Source of the DNA: Podarcis bocagei | Lineage: Eukaryota | Strand: one strand, 5' to 3' | DNA length: 64,000 nucleotides | NCBI GenBank assembly: GCA_964188305.1 | Contig: OZ076890.1 | Position numbers and translations under genes: made by a program | Shown here: in pieces, positions 22,611 through 34,411 of the stretch | How positions within the stretch are numbered: the first letter of the stretch is position 1 | How the letters are laid out: every line of letters begins with the position of its first letter | The notes under the pieces: generated by a model | What the model was told of the DNA's origin: nothing | Database searches by the model: none | Seen by the model: the letters and a program-made list of their open reading frames with translations, nothing else

Positions 22611-25549
22611 TGTATATGTGATATCATGGTGCCCAACCAAGTGTATTTTTATAATTGCAGATGCTGAAAAGTTTAAGTGGGTCAAATATTTCTCTGTCTA
22701 TGATTCCACAATCCTATAAGAATGAGCTCAGGGGAAAGAAAGCAGTCTGTCTTGCTGGACCCTGTTATTTTAAAGAAAATATTGCACGAAGGGAGATGTG
22801 TAATCTAGGTCATGGTTTAATGTACAGTACGGTATTTTTTGAGACCCAGCAAATAAAAGCAATATGTTAGTTTCTGGGTTCCTTACTCTTGTCTGCATTC
22901 AGATCATCCTATTGAGCGTGGCAGGAAGTACGGGCAAACTTGGCCAGAAATTTAATGAAAGACATCAGGATTCCTGTCTTAAACTAGGAAGAGTTGAAGG
23001 CAGCTCCATACGTCACACAGCTGATGCACGTGTGTACAGATTTTACACTGGTGTTTCTTCCAGCACACACGTGATAGGTGGAGGGATATGTCTGTCTACA
23101 TCTGGCTCTGGCCCAGAGTCATCAGATGTGCGTACTTGGGGTTTAAATATATGTGCATGCATGCATATATGTATATTCTACAGTGCAGAATTGTGTACCT
23201 GCAGCATGCTTTCCCAAACGTGTTGAGTTGCGGCAGCATTGAGAACAATGAATTGCTTTGTAGGCTCAGTACAATTCCGAAGATTTTTATTTTTTTTAAA
23301 ATTACATAAAATCCACTTTTTGTGGTGTAGATATATTTAGTAGAACTTCTGTGAATGGTTTGTTTTGTTAGAATTTTATGTATGCAGGGGACGCAATTGT
23401 TTGTTCTGTCTTAGACTGGCACCAATTTAAGACTGGCAAGAGCATTTCAGAAGCTTGAAAGAGAACTCGGGTCCAGACTTCTGTGACGCTGTCTTGTTCA
23501 TGGCTTCCGCAAATGTGCTCAAGCGTGATTCTTAAAAGCTTGTACAAAAAGTGCTGTGGCATCTTGGAGAATAACTGGCTTATTGTGGCACGGCTGAGCT
23601 TTCATAGGCTACTGCCCACTTCATAAGATGTTTAAGGCAGCTTTTACAGGCCTTTGCATAGAAAGGGGAAAGACTTGCACAGCTGAATCAAATGTTACAA
23701 AAATACACAGTATTCACAACAAACAGGTTAATCTCCATCTTCGTTCCATTTGTCCTCTTGGTACTGCAGATTAGCACGGTTCCTCTACTAAACTTTTATT
23801 TTACACTGACAAATCTATCCATTCTGAACAAGGGTACATTCCTCTAAAAAGTCTGCAAGCTCATTTAAAAAAAACAACAAAAAAACCACAGCGTATAGTC
23901 CATTTTATATTTACCCTTTGTAATCTGTTGAAATGATTTTGAGACTCGTTGCTTAATTGCTCCAAAATCCACAATTGTGCAGCCTTTATTGGGAGCAACC
24001 AAAATGTCAGAAATAGTGACAAGTCTTATTTTGGGACAGTAAAAGCTTTATATACCCGGATACCCGTGTTCTCTTTGATTTGTGCTCGTGCCAAGCCATA
24101 TTTGTCATATTTCCTTTGGTCCACTAGACACCTTCATAACATGGGTTAACTTTCCCAGGTGGGCAATTTGCTACACCTGTCTGTACCTCCTGTTTAAAGA
24201 AATTCTTTCCATTGTTTCCCAGGCTGAGGCCATCTCTGCATGCGCAACCAGTGAAAAGTGGCTGATCCATTCTTTGTACTTTATACTTCAGGCTGCATCA
24301 ACTGAAGTCAGTAATGTTAACTGGGGTAACTTGGTAATAGCTTTCAGGTTGGCCTTAGTTTCTCGAAACAAAAGGGAACAAAGCTTGTGGGTTTCTTGGC
24401 TTGTGGTTTGCTGCTTCTGGTGAGGCGTGGCATTGAGCAGTGGGGAATCCTGAGCAGTGCGCAGAAGCATGCTATTGGTTCATGGGAAACTATAGTTAAA
24501 CATTTAACTATGGTTTAATGATGTGCAGACTGGGCTATTGTCTTTTACAGTTCCATCCGTTTCTGCATAGTTTTCTTGTTATTTTAATGCATGGGTGGCT
24601 AACATTTTCCAGCCCTACGGCCACATTGACAGCTACCCCTCTGAGGACCGTATGCCAACAACGGATGTGGACCATGCGTGTACGCGCACATGCATGCACG
24701 CTCACTACACATGTGCATTGCCCACATGCAGCGCACACAGAGTCACCGCACATACACTGCCGAACAACGTGCAAGCAAGCATTTAAATATAACACTCTTG
24801 CACACAGGCACACACACAATTACAGTCAGCATTCCCACTCCAGCAGTGGGGCGCCTCAAAATGCTGCCTTTTGCTTTGCACAGATAATTTGCTGATGGTA
24901 CATAGAAAAAGACCCTTCTGGCTGCTCTTTAGAAATCCTCCGCTCAATGGCAGCTGGAGGAATCTCTTTATCTCCTGATTTGGTAGATAAAGTGCTCTCT
25001 CTGCTCTTTAGAGATCTCCATCTACAGAACAGACAAAGAGTTTTAGCGTTGGATCAGAAGATAAAGCTGGCCGGAGCCGGCAGGCCACTTCCTATAGCTT
25101 GGAGGTCTGGATCCGCCAGCCACCTCTCTTAATTTCAACATTTCACCTTTAGTGTGTATGTATTTGTACCGGAATTAGCATGTGGGAGGCAATCTCTTTT
25201 TGAAGATAGCTGTGTAAAATAATGAATTCTAGTAATTCTATAGCTGAGGGTAGTTCAAGGGCTGTACTGTTAATCCTCTTACTGGAGTAGACTGCAATGG
25301 AAGGAGATGCTTCTTTAGTTATAGAAGAGACTACTTCTCGGAAAACAAAAAAAGTACATGTGAAAATTGATACTTGCTTGTTTACGATGCATTTAAATGT
25401 TTTATTTCTTGTTTTACAGCTGCTTTGGATCTGTTACAGATAGACAGGCAGCATAGAAACTCATAAGAACATTTTATTTTTCATTTTTGTTTTGTTTTGG
25501 AAGAGCAGCAGGAACCAACGGACGTTATATGGATCATATCTGAAACATC

Positions 25550-25649
25550 ATGCACCGCCAGTGGCTGCTGTTAGCTGCATGCTTTTGGGTTGTATTCATG
25601 TTCATGGTTGCTAGCAAGTTCATCACATTGACCTTCAAAAATCCTGATG
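25550..25649 (+). CDS. CHST10: Carbohydrate sulfotransferase 10 (HNK-1 ST), coding exon 1 with type II membrane anchor; the exon probably begins at 25420
   Basis: MHRQWLLLAACFWVVFMFMVASKFITLTFKNPD is the recognisable CHST10 N-terminus. Donor G|GTAAGT; upstream acceptor ttgttttacAG ends at 25419. Confidence 0.96.
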
Positions 25650-27380
25650 GTAAGTTCATATATCTTTTTCTTTTTACTGATGCACATTCTGGAACAAAAA
25701 AAAATGGCAGTGTTAACGTCCAGAGAATTATTTTTATATGCTGCTGCTTGTCTTTTCTACAAACATTACAGAATACTACAATGTGCAGTATAAATAATTA
25801 GTAAATGAAAATGCTTTCCCTTTAACAATGTGCTTTCCCACCTATAAATCACATGTTGGAAAAATTACCTGAATTGCGCTTGTTGAAGATGCATATTTTT
25901 CCATGACTTGCTTTCCTTAAGGTAAACGAATCAAATATGCTGTGCAGCAATTGAGGTTTGTGCAGCTTAGAAAAAGTTGAAAGAAATAATACAAATCTCC
26001 CGAATTTCCATTCCTTTCCCCCTGCCTGCTTTTTTTCATTGTGTTTGTTGATTTTAGAACAAGTAACAGCTTGTCTACATGAAAGATAGGTATAAAGCAG
26101 TATACATCTTCAATGCAACTGTATATCTGCAAAAAGAAAGAACTTGTCTAGCTGGCAACCAATATATACCTTTAGAAATTGCCATATCTAAAAAAGTTGT
26201 CATTTGGCAAGTTGCTACAGAATGAACACTTTGACTCTTCCTTGCTCCCATTTGCTAACACTGGGCCATGTGATCTTGGGTTGAAGGTTCCAGGTGGTGA
26301 GAAGTGGACCCCTTTTTTCTGAAATAATAAAAATAAAAATAAATAATTTTATGCCGCCCATCTGACTGGGTTTCCCCAGCCACTCTGGGCATCTTCCAAT
26401 AAATTAAAACACAGTAAGACATGAAACAATACGTGTGATAATGAGAGTTAGATGCAAAAGATTTTGTGTGCAACATGAAAATTTATATGGAAAAGTACAA
26501 ATAGTGTTGTTCTCTACTACATACAGCATTTACATGTTAATCCTGAGTAGTGATTTAAATGCTTGCTTTTCAGGGGCGTGTTTGTAAGGTATTTTTTGGT
26601 GCTTTATCCCAAATTGGCCCTGTATTGCTTCTTATTGATTTCTGTCCTCGGCTGCTTAGTTGAAAAATAACAGCTAGTCTTTTGCTTATCTTAAGTAGCC
26701 CAGATGGTATTAAACTGTTAATGAGTTTAAATCCATTTGATGGCACTGTCTTGTTGTTCGTTCTCTCTCTCTCTCTCTCTCCCTCTCTCTCTCTCTCTCT
26801 GATAAAGTCTTCCATTGGCAGGGGACATAGTGCTTTTTGTGTGTGGATATGTCACGGTGGCAATTTCTGCATTTTCCCATAATAGGCCATTTAGTGGTGA
26901 TCAAATTGATAAAGGAAGTATTATGTACTGCAGTGGCTGAAAGAGGAAGATTAGTGCCAGCAAACTATGAGACTCCTTGCGTGACTTTGCTGCATACACT
27001 TCAGTCGTCTTCACTTAAGATAGAATTATTGTTGAGGGGAGCTACACATTTTCCATACCCTCAGCACACAGTGTTCACTTCCATCCAGTTTTTAAGGTAG
27101 TTAGTGAAAAGTGACATACAAATGCAAACTGAGACCTGCGGGCATACAAATTTAAATAATAATAATAATATAACCTACGATGCATTTGTTTCAACAGGGT
27201 CTTACTCTGAAGTTCTGCTGTTTCCACAAACATTCATTTTCCTCCTGGTTTTAATGCATCTCTGTGGGGGTTTTTTGGTCTGTTTTGTCTGTAAGTCACG
27301 TTGGGTTGACTTGGGCGAGATAAAGTGACGAACAAATAAAAAAAATACAAAAATAAAATCTACATCAGAAGTTCCTAGTC

Positions 27381-27417
<37 letters not shown>

Positions 27418-27814
27418 ACACACGCTTACACACTTATATATACATACACATACACACAAGGAAACAAAGCTAAAATAATTTAATTCTATCAAATATGACT
27501 CAAGGCAAAATTGCATATTTTACAGTAAAGTTGGAAGTAGCCATTTGTTTCTGAATATTCATGGTGATGAATACACAGATTCATGCAGTGACTTCAGACA
27601 CAATGGTTGTATGGCATGTAAAGTATTAACCCTTACCCTAAGCAGATTCATGAACAAGGTTCTCAGACCATAGCTGGGCTTGGTAGTCAGCTATTTTTCC
27701 TTCTAGACATGGAATATGCCAAAAGTGTTTTAGAGTGCATGCAGAGTGCCTCTCTTATTGAGCAAGTGCAGCTGCCCACCCTCAAAGCACGTGATAAATG
27801 ATACCAGAAATTGG

Positions 27815-27818
<4 letters not shown>

Positions 27819-27874
<56 letters not shown>
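27819..27874. repeat. (TA)28 microsatellite
   Basis: Read directly; ends 22 nt before the acceptor AG of CHST10 coding exon 2. Confidence 0.95.
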
Positions 27875-27879
<5 letters not shown>

Positions 27880-27898
27880 CTGTTTTCTTCTTACCTAG

Positions 27899-27996
27899 TG
27901 TATGGTGTCAAGCAAGAGCCGTTAACATTGACAGCTATAACTAAAGAAGAGAAAATTCAAGTGATGAAAGCGAAAAGGTTTTCTGGAGAGATTCAG
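27899..27996 (+). CDS. CHST10: CHST10 coding exon 2 (stem region VYGVKQEPLTLTAITKEEKIQVMKAKRFSGEIQ)
   Basis: 98 nt, bounded by cctAG and GTatgt. Phases 1->0 fit both flanking exons. Confidence 0.88.
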
Positions 27997-28972
27997 GTAT
28001 GTGCTGCTAACACAGAGTAAAAGTTGTATTCTACCCAAATAAGCTTGGTTGGTAGGAAGGAAAAGATAGGACCTCTCTTGAGGCATTTGTAGAATTCCCC
28101 TCAGAGATGCTAGACTTACCCCATCCCTGAGGGATATGAGCTGAACAATACAATACACACATGCAGAAACATCCTATATTTTTAATCGTTCTTAATATGG
28201 AATTGAAAGCCATCACCACAACTTGTTGTAGTGAATTCTGTATATCAGTTACACATTGTCTGAAAAAGAACTTTGTATTTTCTGTGCCAGGTATATGACT
28301 TTATTTTATTTTAATACAATCCCAATTTTCTCCTTGTCTATATGGTACTGCAGAGAAGCTATAAGGTATACTGCTTTTCAGCACAACCTGTAGCAGCTTG
28401 TTTGCTGGATTCTAAAACCCAAACAGCTTTATCTTACAAAGGATTAATCATTAGGCCTGTTCCAACCTTTCTCTTTATTCCGGTAGGAATATTTAGGACA
28501 GAATATATGTCCTAAATATTCTTAATTTCCTCCCGCATCCACGGAATGGAAATTTAGGAGCCCAATGTAACCATAGGCATACACTAACTATTATAATTCT
28601 GAAATCCATTGTGCAATTATATTGTGGAAATAATGTGCATAAATTCAAGGAAGACGAGAAGGTGGGATAATTTTTCTATAAAAAGTTGTGTTCCAGTGCT
28701 TAGTGTGTCATAATTTCAGCATGAGGGCAGGGGGTGGGAGAAGGCTTTCCCCACCACTGCAGTATGTATATAGCCTGGCAACCAACACATGGAAAGGTAT
28801 TGATTTGTTCTTCTGATGAAGGCAAACTGGAAAGTGCGCTGCATGGTTAGTGGAAATCCTGTACTTGGGGCCAATACTGAGTTTTCACAGAGGCTTGCAT
28901 AATCACAGTCACTCAGAAAATGAGCAACTTCAGCTGTGCAAATTGTGTCACACACACACACCCAGTAGAAAC

Positions 28973-29325
28973 GTAAAGGTAAAGGGACCCTTGACCATTA
29001 GGTTCAGTCGTGACCGACTTTGGGGTTGCGGCGCTCATCTCGCTTTATTGGCCAAGGGAGCCGGTATACAGCTTCTGGGACATGTGGCCAGTATGACTAA
29101 GCCACTTCTAGTGAACCAGAGCAGCACACGGAAACTCCGTTTACCTTCCCACCGGAGCGGTACCTATTTATCTACTTGCACTTTGATGTGTTTTCGAACT
29201 GCTAGGTTGGCAGGAGCAGGGACCGAGCAACGGGAGCTCACCCCGTCACAGGGATTCGAACCGCCGACCTTCTGATCGGCAAATCCTAGGCTCTGTGGTT
29301 TAACCCACAGCACCACCCCTGTCCC
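28973..29325 (-). mobile_element. Sauria SINE
   Basis: Reverse complement of the 15032 copy. Confidence 0.9.
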
Positions 29326-29506
29326 ATAGTAGAAGCAAAGGATGCCACAAATGGGTTTTCTGCATGAGACCAGTCCAGAGTAATTGTGCTGTATATGCCT
29401 AATTTCATGTTCCTTTAAAATGTGAACTGGAAAATAAAATTCTTCCTTATGCTCTCCTTCCCCCCTCCCTCTCCCCCTCCCTTCTCTTCTCCCATTTTAT
29501 ACCAAG

Positions 29507-29741
29507 ACAATAGGTAGAGGTCTATCTGAAGACATTATACATCAACCTCTGGTCCATATGGAAAGGCTTGAGCTACTCAGGAATGTGTGCCAAGATGCAT
29601 CGCTGAAAAACCTCACTCACACTACTGTTTCAAAATTTGTTTTGGATCGGATATTTGTATGTGACAAGCACAAGATCCTCTTCTGTCAAACTCCAAAAGT
29701 TGGCAATACTCAGTGGAAGAAAGTCTTGATTGTTTTAAATG
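29507..29741 (+). CDS. CHST10: CHST10 coding exon 3 (contains 5'-PSB motif TPKVGNTQWKK)
   Basis: 235 nt encoding TIGRGLSEDIIHQPLVHMERLELLRNVC...KVLIVLN. AAG acceptor after a long pyrimidine tract; donor G|GTATCT. Confidence 0.93.
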
Positions 29742-30230
29742 GTATCTGTTTACTTCTTAAAGCCCCTGACATGTGTGCTTGGTTGGTTAGAGAAAAAAAT
29801 TAACTAGCATAGTATAAAAATAGGTTGTTTCTGTCCACTGATTTATTTATTTTTTATTCCAGCATTTCACTCCCTCTTCTTTTAAACACTTTTTTTAAAC
29901 ACTTCATTCAAAAATAAAAATCCTGAAGTCTTCCGGTACTCACCTTTGCGCCACCTACATAACCTGTGCCAAAACCATGGCAATATGGTTGGTGCACTGC
30001 TATGGTTATTGGGAGCTAATTGCAACCTGAGCTTTAAAATTAAATCTACTTCTGTGCCCAGTACAGCTTAAGCAACAGAATCAAACTATTCCAAACATAA
30101 GATACCATTCCCCCAAAGTTTTAACTAAAGTTTACTGCAATGTCAAATTAGCATTTCAGTTTGACTTCATTTCATTTAAAAAAATATATAGTCCATAGGC
30201 ATTCCTAGGTTAGAATAAAGTTACATAGTT

Positions 30231-30756
30231 CATAGCTGTCAACTTACAGATTTGAAAATAAGGGACCAGCAGCCTCAAAAATAAGGGACCAGCAGCCAAA
30301 ATAAGGGATTTTCCAGGCACAGGTATGTTCAACTTCTGAGCCCCTCCGAGCCAAAGGCAGATAGCCCAGCCAGCAGCCAAACGAAGCCTCAAGCGGTGGT
30401 TCCCACAGCGCAGCAACCCGGCAAAGGGGATACAGCAAGGAAAATCACTGTCACCTCTCCACTGGGAAGTGCTGAGCAAAGGCGAGTCCCCAGACAACGC
30501 GGCCGATTTGATCGGCACAAGGCATGCAAGCTCCACCCCCCAATCGTTCTTAGACTCCTTATTGGGTGAGCAACGCAGCCAAGCAACTCAGTTGGAGCCT
30601 CCCTCCTCCCTGGCCGGCAGGGAGGGAGGGAGGGAGAGGACCTGCTTCCTTTGAAACCCGAAAAATTTAAGGGACATCATCAATAAGGGACAGCAGCGGG
30701 ACACGGCGCTGGGATAAGGGACTTTCCCGCCAAATAAGGGACAGTTGACAGCTATG
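30231..30756. mobile_element. hAT-type MITE (CATAGCTGTCAAC TIR), long form
   Basis: TIRs, repeated subterminal AATAAGGGA motifs and 8-bp TSD ACATAGTT (30223-30230 / 30757-30764). Confidence 0.88.
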
Positions 30757-30776
30757 ACATAGTTATAAAGCTAATA

Positions 30777-31409
30777 CCGTACTTTTCCGTGTATAAGACT
30801 AGGTTTTTTTACTCAAAAATAATGTTAAAAAATGGGGCTCGTCTTATACACAGGCATTGTATTGTTGGGCCGGGTGATTGGTTGCAGCTGCCAGCTGCAG
30901 CTTGTCAGCAGCGATTTGGTGGGTGATTGTTTGCTGCGGCAAGGGCTGCTGTGGATTGGCTGTCGCTGTGGCAATTGGGCGTTCAATTGCCGGCTGCTGT
31001 AGACGAGCAGGCAGACGCTTGTGTGGTGTAGTGGTTAAGAGCGGTGGACTCGTAATCTGGTGAACTGGGTTTGCGTCTCCGCTCCTCCACATGCAGCTGC
31101 TGGGTGACCTTGGGCTAGTCATACTTCTCTGAAGTCTCTCAGCCTCACTCATCTCACAGAGTGTTTGTTGTGGGGGAGGAAGGGAAAGGAGAATGTTAGC
31201 TGCTTTGAGACTCCTTCGGGTAGTGATAAAGCGGGATATCAAATCCAAACTCCTTTTGCGACGTGATCTTTTATGAGCGTTTGCATTCGGATTAGTGAAT
31301 TTCTGCATTCCTCCCCCCACAAAAGCTCTACAACTCTGGGCATTCCCCCCCATTTTCTTAAATTTGAGTCCCCCAAAATAGGGGGCATCTTATACATGGA
31401 AAAGTACAA
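30777..31409. mobile_element. Tc1/mariner-type MITE interrupted by a SINE
   Basis: TA|CCGTACTTTTCCGTGTATAAGAC ... ATCTTATACATGGAAAAGTACAA|TA. Confidence 0.75.
31012..31254 (+). mobile_element. tRNA-derived squamate SINE (Squam3-like), nested in the MITE
   Basis: GTGGTGTAGTGGTTAAGAGC A-box head, GGGTGACCTTGGGCTAGTCA core and an L2-like 3' end. Confidence 0.7.
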
Positions 31410-31477
31410 TAATTTTCTTTCTTTTTTTAAAGAAAGGTAGCTTTCTAAAAATATGTACTAACTTAACTATTCCCCAG

Positions 31478-31583
31478 GAGCTTTTTCTTCCATTGAGGAG
31501 ATCCCAGAGAACATTGTGCATGACCACGAGAAGAATGGTTTGCCACGCTTATCTTCCTTCAGTGACTCAGAAATTCAAGAGCG
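31478..31583 (+). CDS. CHST10: CHST10 coding exon 4 (GAFSSIEEIPENIVHDHEKNGLPRLSSFSDSEIQER)
   Basis: 106 nt, bounded by cccAG and GTaggt. Manual translation, in frame with both neighbours. Confidence 0.95.
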
Positions 31584-31800
31584 GTAGGTGATAAACTTTA
31601 GCTTAACTTGGTGTCTGAACCAAACAGCTGTTTTGTTTTGAAAAGCCACACTTAACCAAATTAAGTGGCGTGTATGAAAAGTAAGCATGCTGAAAGGAAA
31701 GGTAACCCATGTTGACCTAAGGCAGAACCTTTTTTATGCTAACCCAAATGTCACATGATAGTGCACACGCTTTTGAGTGATCCAGAAAGTTATTAGGCTG

Positions 31801-32190
31801 TAGGGCTGGGTAATATCTGGTTTTCAACATCGTGATATATCACCAGCTAGACATCGCGGCATACCAGTATATCGCGATGTCTGAAAGAAGGATGGAGCTA
31901 TGTAGAGGCATTGGCTGTGGCTTCACAGTTTTCCCTGCATCAGGATTTTGCTGGTGCCTGCTCTTGTGATTCACTGCAGGAGGCTGGGGAGAGCTGAGCC
32001 AGCATAGTTTACAGGGGCTGCAGATATTGAGAGAAGCATTGGCTGGCTTCATGGTTTTTTCCACATTGTGATTTTTGCATTTTTGTGTGCTCGCCCCCCC
32101 CCCCCAATGATTCATGACATATTGCCAGGTCAAAAATTCTGAAACCAGTATCACAAAATGGTCTTCAAACCGGTTTTGGATGATAGTTCC
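31801..32190 (+). mobile_element. hAT-like element, partial (TAGGGCTGGG end); a relative with both termini lies at 39517-39773
   Basis: Shares blocks ATATCTGGTTTTCAACAT, GGATGGAGCTA and CCAGGTCAAAA with the 39.5-kb copy. Confidence 0.65.
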
Positions 32191-32242
32191 AAGTTCATTG
32201 AGCCCCTTGATGAGCTTATAAAGTTGTCATCAACCATACCCT

Positions 32243-33032
32243 GTTGTTGTTGTTTAGTGGTTTAGTCATGTGCGACTCTTCGTGACCCCATGCACCAGAG
32301 CATGCCAGGCACTTCTGTCTTCCACTGCCTCCCGCAGTTTGGTCAACCATCTTGTCCTCTGTTGTCCCCTTCTCCTTGTGCCCTCAATCTTTCCCAACAT
32401 CAGGGGTCTTTTCCAGGGAGTCTTCTCTTCTCATGAGGTGGCCAAAGTATTGGAGCCTCAGCTTCAGGATCTGTCCTTCCAGTGAGCACTCGGGGCTGAT
32501 TTCCTTAAGAATGGATAGGTTTGATCTTCTTGCAGTCCATGGGACTCTCAAGAGTCTCCTCCAGCACCATAATTCAAGAGCATCAATTCTTTGGTGATTG
32601 GCCTTCTTTATGGTCCAGCTCTCACTTCCATACATCACTACTGGGAAAACCATAGCTTTAACTATACGGACCTTTGTTGGAAGGTGATGTCTCTGCTTTT
32701 TAAGATGCTGTCTAGGTTTGTCATTGCTCTTTTCCCAAGAAGCAGGCATCTTTTAATTTCATGACTGCTGTTACCATCTGCAGTGATCATGGAGGCCAAG
32801 AAAGTAAAATCTCTCACTGCCTCCATTTCTTCCCCTTCTATTTGCCAGGAGGTGATGGGCCCAGTGGCCATGATCTTCTTTTTTTGATGTTGAGCTTCAG
32901 ACCATAATTTGCACTCTCCTCTTTCACCCTCATTAAAAGGTTCTTTAATTCCTCCTCACTTTCTGCCATCAAGGTTGTTTCTGAGGTTGTTAATATTTCT
33001 TCCGGCAATCTTAATTCCGGCTTGGGATTCAT
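32243..33032 (-). mobile_element. Bov-B (RTE) LINE, 5'-truncated and decayed
   Basis: Frameshifted ORF2 pieces (MAESEEELKNLLMRVKEES; VFPVVMYGSESWTIKK..ELWCWRRLLRVPWTARRSN), a (CAA)n tail and TSD CCATACCCT at 32234-32242 / 33033-33041. Confidence 0.93.
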
Positions 33033-33334
33033 CCATACCCTAGTGTTCTTAAAATGACAGTTTTGTAGAGCAGCAAGGATTCATCTTGAAGAAGTGTGGG
33101 TGGCTGTTGGTGCTGGCTGATTCTACATCTCTGGAAATACAAAAAAACAAAAACCTTTCTCTGTTTGTAGGCTAAACATTTCATTTAGGTAAAACATAAG
33201 AGCCAAATGTTCTGAGTCTCAGGGCTGGTTCATTCACACCTGTACATCAGTTGTTTTCTCATTGCTTGGTAACTTGAAGAATGCATGGACAGACTTTCGG
33301 TGCGTATGGCTACTACCGCTATGCTGTTGCATTC

Positions 33335-33702
33335 GGGACATGGATGGCACTGCGGTCTAAACCACTGAGGCTCTTGAGCTTGCCGATCGTAAGGTTTGCA
33401 GTTTGAATCCGTGCAATGGGGTGAGCTCCTGTTGCTTTGTCCCAGCTCCTGTCAACTTAGCAGTTCTAAAGAATACCAGTGTGAGTAGATAAATAGGTAC
33501 CGCTGCGGCGGGAAGGTAGACAATGTTTCTGTGTGACCTGGCTTCCGTCACGGTGTCCTGTTGCACCAGGAATGGTTTTGTCATGCTGGCTACATGACCC
33601 GGAAAGCTGTCTGTAGAAAAATACCAGTTCCCTCAGCCTGAAAGCAGAGATGAGCACCGCACCCCATAGTCGAATTCAACTGGACTTAACCGTCCAGGGG
33701 TC
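33335..33702 (+). mobile_element. Sauria SINE, divergent subfamily, tail-less
   Basis: Homologous to the other copies but with an extra internal segment; perfect 13-bp TSD TGCTGTTGCATTC. Confidence 0.85.
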
Positions 33703-33873
33703 TGCTGTTGCATTCACACATGCAAGTTACCATTTGCTGCTGCAGCCATCAAGTGAGGAACATGCATGTGTGGACCATTGCTTATTTTATTTAGCTTTGT
33801 GAATTTCCAGCAGATAACAAATTCTTAAAATTGCCACATACAACTTGTTTCCTCTTTTTCTTACCTATTTCAG

Positions 33874-34411
33874 GCTGAAATTATACTTCAAGTTCCTTAT
33901 CGTAAGAGATCCGTTCGAGAGGCTTATTTCTGCATTCAAAGACAAGTTTGTCCGCAATCCTCGTTTTGAACCTTGGTATAGGCATGAAATTGCTCCCGGC
34001 ATCATTCGAAAATATAGAAAGAATCGCACTGAGACCAGGGGGCTGCAGTTTGAGGACTTCGTGCGCTACTTGGGTGATCCAAATCATCGGTGGCTAGATA
34101 TACAATTTGGAGACCGCATCATTCATTGGGTGACCTATGTGGAACTTTGTGCCCCCTGTGAAATAACATACAGTGTAATTGGACATCATGAAAGCTTGGA
34201 AGAGGATGCACCATACATCTTGAAGGAAGCTGGAATAGACCATCTGGTGTCTTATCCTACTATTCCGCCGGGGATAACACTGTATAACAAAACTAAGGTG
34301 GAACGCTATTTCTCGGGAGTTAGCAAGAGAGACATCCGCCGCCTTTATGCCCGTTTTGAAGGTGATTTTAATCTTTTTGGCTACCCAGAGCCAGATTTCC
34401 TACTCAACTGA
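33874..34411 (+). CDS. CHST10: CHST10 final coding exon (3'-PB motif RDPFERLISAF; ends PDFLLN*)
   Basis: ORF 33845..34411 trimmed to the tttcAG acceptor. Exon total 100+98+235+106+538 = 1077 nt = 358 aa plus stop. Confidence 0.97.
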
